IMG/VR virus record: IMGVR_UViG_3300042308_001511
Span: 186,001 to 250,000 of that record
DNA length: 64,000 bases
Strand: one strand, 5' to 3'
Shown here: in pieces, positions 37,174 through 45,600 of the stretch
Layout: every line of letters starts with the position of its first letter
Numbering within the stretch: position 1 is the first letter of the stretch
Notes under the pieces: generated by a model
Seen by the model: the letters and a program-made list of their open reading frames with translations, nothing else
Told to the model about the DNA's origin: nothing
Database searches by the model: none
Program-made: the position numbers and the translations under genes

Positions 37174-38352
37174 ATGGGAAAATTAGCACTAAACTTTATA
37201 TGTAAAGATGAGTCTCATGTAATCGAGACGATGCTTGAGAGTGCAAAAGGACTTGTAGACCTTATAGTCGTTAATGATACAGGATCTACGGATGGCACAC
37301 AACAAATAATTAAAAACTTCGGTGAGAAGTACAACATACCGACTTACGTATTTGAACGTCCATTTGATGACTTCGAAAAGAGTCGAAACCACGCTATGCA
37401 AATGTTGAGAGATGTGGTCAAAGATTTGGGTTGGGACGCATCTAAAGTCCATGGTTTTTGGTTTGATTGTGATGAGACGTTAGTTATTGATACTAAATTC
37501 AATAAAGACCAGTTCACAAAGGATCTTTATATGATCAACACATATATTGGTCAGATGAAGTATACCAGGAACACGTTCTTCAAAGTTTCTAAGCCTTTTA
37601 GATGGTATGGACCTGTGCATGAGTTCATTGTGTGTGACGAACAAAATATAACTTCTGGTCTGGCAGAAGGAATTAGTGTTGATGTTAAGATGACTGGTTC
37701 TTCTTGGCAGGGTGATATATCTAAGAAGTATCTTTCACATGCACACAAACTTGAGGCATATATTGCTGAAAATAGACAAGATCCTAGATGGATATTCTAC
37801 ACAGCACAATCTTTTCACGACTCAGCATCTATGAAAGATAATAAAGATGAGAACGATGAACGTCTTAGACGAGCAATACACTATTATCGTGAAAGGGTTA
37901 GTCGTAACGACGGATATCCAGAAGAACTTTACTACTCACAATACAGAATAGGAACTATTATGCGTATACTCGATGAGCCGTGGAATATGACACACCAGGA
38001 ACTTTTGAAGGCATATGCGATGGATCCACTTCGAGCAGAGTCTATCAAAGTTATAATAGACTACTACCTTCAGATGAATGAATGGCATATGGCATACCTT
38101 TATACAAAATTTGCCAAAACTAACTTTCATATGAAGAACCCATATCCATCACGTCTTCTTTTCGTTGATGAGGCAACTTATGTTTGGAAAATTGCCGAGG
38201 CACACTCTGCGGCGTGTTACTACACTAATAGAATGGAGGAAGCCAAATCTGCTTATATGGATATTCAACAGGCGATGAAGACACATCCACATTGTTTCAC
38301 ATCGGATGACATCGTCAAGATAAATATGAACGCACAATTTTTCAACAAATAG
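37174..38352 (+). CDS. GT2-like glycosyltransferase with TPR-like C-terminus
   Basis: ICKDESHVI, DTGSTDGT, F-RN-A, DCDE, GPVHE; helical repeat tail. Confidence 0.85.
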   Translation: MGKLALNFICKDESHVIETMLESAKGLVDLIVVNDTGSTDGTQQIIKNFGEKYNIPTYVFERPFDDFEKSRNHAMQMLRDVVKDLGWDASKVHGFWFDCDETLVIDTKFNKDQFTKDLYMINTYIGQMKYTRNTFFKVSKPFRWYGPVHEFIVCDEQNITSGLAEGISVDVKMTGSSWQGDISKKYLSHAHKLEAYIAENRQDPRWIFYTAQSFHDSASMKDNKDENDERLRRAIHYYRERVSRNDGYPEELYYSQYRIGTIMRILDEPWNMTHQELLKAYAMDPLRAESIKVIIDYYLQMNEWHMAYLYTKFAKTNFHMKNPYPSRLLFVDEATYVWKIAEAHSAACYYTNRMEEAKSAYMDIQQAMKTHPHCFTSDDIVKINMNAQFFNK

Positions 38353-38353
38353 T

Positions 38354-38830
38354 ATGATTACGGTTATAGCGGCAATGTCTAAAAATGGTGTCATTGGTAA
38401 AGAAAACAAACTTATATGGAATCTACCTAGTGATATGGTTTATTTTAAAGAGACTACTACGGGTGGAACTGTGGTGATGGGTCGTAAGACCTTTGAATCT
38501 ATAGGTAGGCCTTTACCTAACCGTAGAAATATAGTTGTTTCCCGTACAGGTTTTACACATAATGGTGTTGAGGTAGTAAGTTCTATCGAGAATGCTTTAG
38601 AGATATGTGACAAAGTATGTTTCGTTATTGGTGGTGGTGAATTATATAGACAGACTTTACCAATTGCGGACAAACTATTGTTGACTGTTGTTGATTGTGA
38701 AGTTGATGGTGATACGTATTTTCCTGATGTGTCAGAAGGTTGGATTAAGATTTCTGATAAGAAGGTTGATGCTGATTTGAAAAATGAATATTCACATACG
38801 TTTATTGAATATGAAAAATGTCGTTTTTAG
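38354..38830 (+). CDS. folA: Dihydrofolate reductase
   Basis: IAAMSKNGVIG, WNLPSDM, VMGRKTFESIGRPLPNRRNIV, IGGGELY, GDTYFP. Confidence 0.95.
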   Translation: MITVIAAMSKNGVIGKENKLIWNLPSDMVYFKETTTGGTVVMGRKTFESIGRPLPNRRNIVVSRTGFTHNGVEVVSSIENALEICDKVCFVIGGGELYRQTLPIADKLLLTVVDCEVDGDTYFPDVSEGWIKISDKKVDADLKNEYSHTFIEYEKCRF

Positions 38831-38874
38831 TAAACAACTTGATTTGAATTTATATAAAAAAAAACAAATATTTT

Positions 38875-39120
38875 ATGGCTACTAATAGTAAACACAGAAA
38901 AAACCACAAAGAGCGAGTTCAGGCACGCAAAAATAGACTTGCTAATGAAAAGATGGCAGCACAGAAAAAGCAGAGAGAGTTTATAATGAACTTAATCAAG
39001 CAAGAACAAGAAAGAGGTATGTTCGAAAACACCACTGCAATTGACGGACCAGTTATTGATGGACCAATTGTCGACGGACCGGTTATTGATGGACCAATTA
39101 TCGACGGACCAACGGTCTGA
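38875..39120 (+). CDS. Small basic protein with (I/V)DGP pentapeptide repeats
   Basis: Basic N-terminus, then IDGPV-IDGPI-VDGPV-IDGPI-IDGPT. Confidence 0.75.
   Translation: MATNSKHRKNHKERVQARKNRLANEKMAAQKKQREFIMNLIKQEQERGMFENTTAIDGPVIDGPIVDGPVIDGPIIDGPTV
39040..39114 (+). repeat. 15-nt tandem repeat x5 (30-nt higher-order period)
   Basis: ATTGACGGACCAGTT ATTGATGGACCAATT GTCGACGGACCGGTT ATTGATGGACCAATT ATCGACGGACCAACG. Confidence 0.85.
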
Positions 39121-39221
39121 TAATCGATTTGATTAGTTTGGTCCGTGCCTTTGGCCGGACCTTTCTTTTTTAATATGATAAACTTAGACATAAGTATAAC
39201 ATAAAAAAATAAACATTATAT

Positions 39222-40907
39222 ATGAAGAGAAAGATTAAATCTGCACTTATTTCAGTTTGGGATAAAGAGGGTCTTGATACGGTTGTGAGCAAATTGAATG
39301 AATTGGGAATTCAGATAATATCAACTGGAGGTACATACGAATACATAAAAAATCTGGACATACCAGTTTTATCGGTGGAAGAATTAACAGGTCAACCTGA
39401 AATTATGGGTGGTAGAGTTAAGACTTTACATCCTAAGATATTTGGTGGTATACTATATCAGAGGTCTTCTAAATCTGATAAAAAGGATCTTTCTACTAAC
39501 AATATGAAAGGTATAGACCTAGTTATTGTTGATTTATATCCTTTTGAACAAACAATCGCCAATATGGAGAATGAGGGATTGACTGATGATGATGCTATTG
39601 AGAAGATAGATATCGGTGGTGTTTCGCTTATAAGGGCAGCTGCAAAAAACCATAAAGATGTTTTGGTTATTGGTCATAAAGATCAATATAGCCTACTTAT
39701 GCAGGTTCTTGATAATGGTGGAAGTACTGAGTTTGAAGAGAGAAGAGAGTTTGCAATTGATGCATTCAACATAACTTCAAATTACGATGCTGATGTATTT
39801 AAATATCTTTTGGGTGATTCTGCGGAAGACCTTTCTGGCCTCACTGGTTACTTACCGACACAAGAAGATGGTCTTAGATTTTCGTCAGATGATAATAATC
39901 TAAATGACTTCCTTATTTGTTGGAAAAGGTTTGGATCTAGGCCTAACAGGATATTGATTGAGAATGCATATTCTTCAAAACTTGTTGGTGATGCAATTTC
40001 TGACATAATAAAGGAGAAGAATGTTTTCACTGAGGTTATACCTGATGGTGAAAGTCTGATAATAAATGATAGAGTTTTTGTTAGACTTGAGGATGAACTT
40101 TATTTATCTTATGTTGTAATTGATAGAAATAGTGAGAGTTCTTTCATAGATTCTATGCTCTTTTTGTACAAAGAAGGTTTTGATGGAGTACAAGACTACG
40201 TTGATTTGTTGAACGAGTGTCTTATAGACTTTCAAGAAGACACTGGTAATAAAATAAACGCGATGGTTTTGTCACCTTCTGGTCTTGAGATTGAGACTGT
40301 TGGAATAACTGATTATGATTCTGAGAATATAGAGACATACTATTCTGGTAAAACATTCAAAGCTATGGAAAAGGCAGTGAAGCGTATAAAAGGTTCGAAA
40401 AGAGGAATGACAATTCTTTATGGGCCTAGAGGTACTGGAAAAACAACCTCTATAAATTACATAGCAGATGGTCTTGATCGTATTGTCATATTCATTCCAA
40501 ACAATATGATAGAACATACTATAAATAATCCTGATTTTAGGAAATTTCTAAAGAGATTTGATCAACCTATAATAGTAATAGATGATTGTGAGTTGGCATT
40601 GAACGAGATATACAACAAATCTAACGTTACAACGACCAATCTTGTTCAGATGGTTGATGGTTTCTTGGCAGGTACTACTGATGTTAGTATTGTTGCGATA
40701 TTCAATACTGATAGTGAGGATGATATAGATCACAACCTTTTAGATTGTAATAGTTTGTTGGATGTTGTTGAGTTTACAGAACTTTCGACGGCTGAGTGTA
40801 ATGACCTTTCTAAAATTGTAGATGGTCGAAAGTATAAATCCTCTGCAAAAATGATTGACGTAGTTAAGAAAAGAAAGGGTGAGCAAAAAGAGAAAGTGGG
40901 GTTTTAA
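39222..40907 (+). CDS. PurH IMP-cyclohydrolase (MGS-like) domain fused to an AAA ATPase
   Basis: ALISVWDK, ISTGGT, GRVKTLHP, DLYPFE, IDIGGVSLIRAAAKN over ~195 aa; later GPRGTGKT and IIVIDDCE. No AICAR transformylase domain. Confidence 0.85.
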   Translation: MKRKIKSALISVWDKEGLDTVVSKLNELGIQIISTGGTYEYIKNLDIPVLSVEELTGQPEIMGGRVKTLHPKIFGGILYQRSSKSDKKDLSTNNMKGIDLVIVDLYPFEQTIANMENEGLTDDDAIEKIDIGGVSLIRAAAKNHKDVLVIGHKDQYSLLMQVLDNGGSTEFEERREFAIDAFNITSNYDADVFKYLLGDSAEDLSGLTGYLPTQEDGLRFSSDDNNLNDFLICWKRFGSRPNRILIENAYSSKLVGDAISDIIKEKNVFTEVIPDGESLIINDRVFVRLEDELYLSYVVIDRNSESSFIDSMLFLYKEGFDGVQDYVDLLNECLIDFQEDTGNKINAMVLSPSGLEIETVGITDYDSENIETYYSGKTFKAMEKAVKRIKGSKRGMTILYGPRGTGKTTSINYIADGLDRIVIFIPNNMIEHTINNPDFRKFLKRFDQPIIVIDDCELALNEIYNKSNVTTTNLVQMVDGFLAGTTDVSIVAIFNTDSEDDIDHNLLDCNSLLDVVEFTELSTAECNDLSKIVDGRKYKSSAKMIDVVKKRKGEQKEKVGF

Positions 40908-40928
40908 AAATAATAATATATACATACT

Positions 40929-41261
40929 ATGATATCTAAACTCAGTGATAATGATGCTTTGGACCTTCTTATGACATCTGAGTTCCAAGACGATATTTCG
41001 CCGAAAGAACTTAAGGAGATGCTTTTAAGATACCGGTATTTCTACAGGATTTTGCATGCAAAAATGGATAGGATCTCTCAGGATGGTGATTTTGAGAAGA
41101 GTAAGCTTATGGAGAGGTGTGATCTTCTCAACGGAATGATTATGGAGATGCAGATTAAGTGTGTCACAAAAGACGATAAAATTGAGAGGCTTAGAAAAAG
41201 AAAGCTGACATTTAAAGAAAGAATTTTAGGAAAAATAATAGAAGAAGATGAAGATAAGTGA
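40929..41261 (+). CDS. Coiled-coil hypothetical protein
   Basis: 110-aa helical ORF. Confidence 0.7.
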   Translation: MISKLSDNDALDLLMTSEFQDDISPKELKEMLLRYRYFYRILHAKMDRISQDGDFEKSKLMERCDLLNGMIMEMQIKCVTKDDKIERLRKRKLTFKERILGKIIEEDEDK

Positions 41262-42372
41262 CTTTGATAAACTCGAGAAGAAGCTGAATGGACAGAACTT
41301 CCACGAAAGCTATGGTAACATAAATAAGGTTATGACTGGATTGTCCTATTTTGGACATATCGCGTCTATATTTCTTGCATTTTTTATGCTTAAAAAGATA
41401 CTTTTGGGTGTTATGGATAACGAGATTATTGTTTATATCGTTACGGTCATAATACTTTCGGCTATTGAGTTATTGAAACGAGATATATTCCATAAATTTT
41501 CTGTTCTTTATTTGAAACTACGTTCCTTCACTAAGGACGTTTTACCACTTTTTTTCCTTAGTATTACAATAATTGGTATATCATTTTACTCATCTATAAA
41601 AGGTGCCAGTGAGTATTCGGACCTAGCTGATAAAATTGAACAAACAAAAATTGATAATAATAAAAGTTATGAGGATAGTTTGACTAAATCTTTCACTGCT
41701 AAAGAAATAAAACCTTTTGAAATTGAGATAAAAGAAGAAAAGGAATTATTCAAATCTAAAGATGAGAAGTTGGATATATTGAAATCAAAAACTAAACTTT
41801 CAAAAGATGAAAGAGTAACTAGGGATGATTTAAAATTAGAAAAAAAAGAGTCAGATGATAGAATATCTGTCTTAGAACAGAAAATAAACGAAAAAAAGGA
41901 ATCACTTAAATCTTTAATTCAAAAACATCACTTAGAATCAGAGAAAGAAACTAAAAAGAAGAAAAATGACAATTCTTCGAACTCTATAGCATTCATATTA
42001 TTCTCTACGTTGATAGAGATAAGTATACTCGCTGGGGTATATTTCAACGACTATTATGATGTAAGATCGTATAGAGAAAAAAGAAGTCAGTTAGAAAAAG
42101 ATCCAGGATTCCAGAAGTGGAAACTTTACAATCAGATGTTAGAGGTTATATACACAGAAGAAACTAAGATTAACCAGAAACTTCCGTCCAATAAAGGAAT
42201 AATTGATATGTGTAAGTTAAACGACATAATAGTTTTACCGAAAGATGTTACTGAGTTCCTAAAGATTATGGCTTCTATGGGTATAATCAAAGTATCTGGT
42301 AGTACTCGATACATAAACAAATTGAGGGATCAGTCCTTTGAAACATTAAGTAACCACTTTAATATAGTCTAA
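41248..42372 (+). CDS. Multi-pass membrane protein with long coiled coil
   Basis: Three N-terminal hydrophobic segments, K/E coiled coil, a further TM segment. Confidence 0.75.
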   Translation: MKISDFDKLEKKLNGQNFHESYGNINKVMTGLSYFGHIASIFLAFFMLKKILLGVMDNEIIVYIVTVIILSAIELLKRDIFHKFSVLYLKLRSFTKDVLPLFFLSITIIGISFYSSIKGASEYSDLADKIEQTKIDNNKSYEDSLTKSFTAKEIKPFEIEIKEEKELFKSKDEKLDILKSKTKLSKDERVTRDDLKLEKKESDDRISVLEQKINEKKESLKSLIQKHHLESEKETKKKKNDNSSNSIAFILFSTLIEISILAGVYFNDYYDVRSYREKRSQLEKDPGFQKWKLYNQMLEVIYTEETKINQKLPSNKGIIDMCKLNDIIVLPKDVTEFLKIMASMGIIKVSGSTRYINKLRDQSFETLSNHFNIV

Positions 42373-42374
42373 GT

Positions 42375-42650
42375 ATGAAACCGGATATTGGATCCGTTTA
42401 TGTGTGTGTTAATAGTGACACAAATGGGCGATTAGGTCCAAAGGGTCTTAAAGTTGGTGAATTATTTTTAATAAATCGTGTCATTGAGATGTACGATGTA
42501 GATAATTACGATGATGGATATAGATATGCTATCTTTATAAATAATATAGATTCTAAATCTGAATCTATATTCTACATAAAAGATTTTTTAAGGTGTTTCG
42601 TATCTATAGAGGATTGGAGAGAATCTCGATTAAAAGGATTAGAATTGTAG
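42375..42650 (+). CDS. Small hypothetical protein with tag variant (WRESRLKGLEL)
   Basis: 91-aa ORF; isolated copy of the tag. Confidence 0.7.
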   Translation: MKPDIGSVYVCVNSDTNGRLGPKGLKVGELFLINRVIEMYDVDNYDDGYRYAIFINNIDSKSESIFYIKDFLRCFVSIEDWRESRLKGLEL

Positions 42651-45600
42651 GTCGAAATATAGGTCTTTATTATCGGACATAAAATCTTTCAACTCTGCAT
42701 AATCTGTTATAACTTTCTTCTCACCATTTTCTAATGTAACTTCATATACAAATAAATTTTTTGCATCTTGTATTGCAAGTGGATTCGTACTGGTTACTTC
42801 AGTTACATCACCTTCATCAGATTCATCGGATTCTAAACTTCCATCGGATACTCTATTTTTCTCGGCGGCAGACTTTTCTTTACATAATTTTATGTGTGGT
42901 GCTGGTATAATTACCTCTATACCGAGTAGTGCCCAGACGAAATCTATAAATGCATTTATCAATTTCTCGATAAGACACAATGGTGGTTTTAGAAAGTCGA
43001 ATGGTAATAGTGGATTCATTCTTATGTCGTAGGATGAGTATGTCGGAAGACTTGGTAAGAAAGCTATACTTATTAATTTATTTATATCGGCCAATGGAAA
43101 ATTATCTGGAAGTGCAAATTTTCCACAATGTGGTTTTATATTTTTCAATAAATTACTCTTATTGATTGGGAATCCACCATTCATTTTTATTTCTGGTGGT
43201 TTAATATCAATCTTTATATCAGACTTTTTCAAATTTATGTCTGGTGTCTTCAAATCTACTTTCGGAATATCTATTTTAACTTTGTCTCCTACTAAATCGG
43301 CTGCAACCGAACCAGTAACTGTTATTAGGTCTCCTACTTTAGGCATAGTTACATTGGGTAGTTTTATTTCTGGTTTTGGTATCTTAATATCCAACCCACC
43401 GGTAGGTATACCACCTACACATGGTAAGTTTAAGTTTGGCATACTTGACAATGTTGCCCACTCTTTGGCTATACTTGGATCGAACTTTATACCAAATGCA
43501 CCGAGTAATCCTTCTGGTGAGAAGAACTTCATTATCCATTTGAATGATAGGAACTCTATTATTTTTGATGGTAAAGTCATCGGATTGGTTAGACTCTTAA
43601 AGAAGTCGAGTATCCACTCTACTATACAAGTAATTATTTTTAGTGGAGATGAAACCATACCTAATACAAACTTCAGAACTGGTTGTGAATTCATCAACCT
43701 TTTCTGTATAATGTCCATTATCTGTTTTAGTTTGTTTCTAAGTGCCTCATTATCAGGATCCTTTTTTAACTCGTTCTCTACTTTTTCTTTGGCCAACATT
43801 ACATCCTCATCTGAAACATCTTTCTTTTCAGGTATTATTTTAGAGTCTGGTGCTATTAGTGTAGATGTTGAACCTGGATTTATTAGTTCATCAACTTCTT
43901 TCAGAGCTACTGCTTGATCTTCCGTTATGTAAGTGTATGTGTAATCCGTACCCTTTACAAATTGACCAGTGGAATACCATATAGTAGAAACTTGATAAGT
44001 ATTACTATTTGTTGTCTTTTTTGTAGGTTGGGTTTCGACCTTTGAACCATTTGTAAGTTCTTTTAAGTAGTCATCGTTAGAAAGTCCTTTTTCTTTGGTT
44101 TCTACATCTGTCTTACCGCAACCTTTGAATTTTGCTTTACCAATTTTACCTTTTATTAGTCTAAATGGTGAACTTACTTTGGGTAGTGTTATGTTCGGTA
44201 TTCCTATATTTGGTATTGCAATATTGGGTAAATCTGGCATCTTTGGTAGTGATTTTGGTAATCCGTTAACTGATGCGTTTATACCACCATTTTTGTCTAA
44301 ACTCACATTCGCAGATAACTTAACATCTGGTATATTAATCTTCGAAATATCTACCTTAGGTATATCTACTTTTGGTAGGTCTGGAACTTTCACTTCGGGT
44401 ATTTTTGGTATAAGATTTGACATTTTAAATTCAACACCGAATGGTATACTCTTTCCGAATATCTCGAATGGAACCATAGCTACACCATCAAATAAGAATT
44501 TAAATTCTCCTGGGTTTTTGATGTTGAACCTATCTACATAAACGTGGTTTACTAATGGTGATGTGTTGAAATTTCTCTTCACCTTCGAAACATATTCTGA
44601 GTTACCCATATCTTTTTTTAGGGTATCAACTTTTTTGTCAATTATCTCTTTTGTACTTTTGAATTTTTCGAATGCTTTTTCGCTAAGTATTGAGAACGCT
44701 TCTCCTAATTTTTCTTTTACAATGTCGATTATGAAACTTACCGGATCTTTAACCAATTTCAAAAACTTTGATATGTTCGGGAATAGTTTTGTACCTAATT
44801 CTATTAGAAACTTCAAGAATGGTATGAATGCACCTATTGCATGTGGTAGTCTGTACCATTTACTTCCATTGTCACCACTTGCATCGGCGTCTTTCTTCTC
44901 ACCGATAAGAAACCCTTCGATAACGTAATATGATTCTGTATCCAAATCCGTTTTTGAGAACCTCTTCAAAATTTCTAAATCCATAGGATCGTCAGGGGTT
45001 CCGTTTCCGTATCTTCCTTTAGATAGTAAATCTTCTGTAGAAAGTGCACTATTATCAATCGAATCTGGGTATATAACTACACCATTCTCGGAGTTACTAC
45101 TTGTGACTTTCAGAGAGTATAATGGTATTGTTTTTTCACTAGATTTGATTGTTTCTGTGTTCATATTCACAGTTAATGTCTTAGATACACCGAAGTCTGG
45201 TAGATTGTCAACACCTAATACTTTTGTAAATTTCTTTTCTAACGAACTTATTTTTATTTCGTATTTATTTGTGGAGTTTACGGAACCATTCTCAAAGTTC
45301 CAGTTCTCTATACTGTATTCCGTAACACCTTTTACATTTGCTATAGTTGATCCGTTCTTAGTAACCTCTATGTCAAATTTTTCTTTATTATTCAAATTTA
45401 TTACGACGATGTTCTTTACAAATGACTTTATGTTAGAAGACAATATTGGAGTACCCTTTGCATCAATATAGTTTACTAATGTTGATGGGTCTATTCGCAT
45501 TATCTTCAAATCGTAGTCGGACTCAGGATCAACCCAAATCATTCCGTCTCCTTCTAAATCGGGATCCGATTTTGCGTCAGGGTTATGAACTTTGAATGGC

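Noticed and set aside
39288-39312. KLNELGI inside the PurH-like domain as another copy of the C-terminal tag
   Set aside because: It is internal and falls on the normal LxxLGxxIISTGGT segment of the MGS-like fold; likely coincidence.
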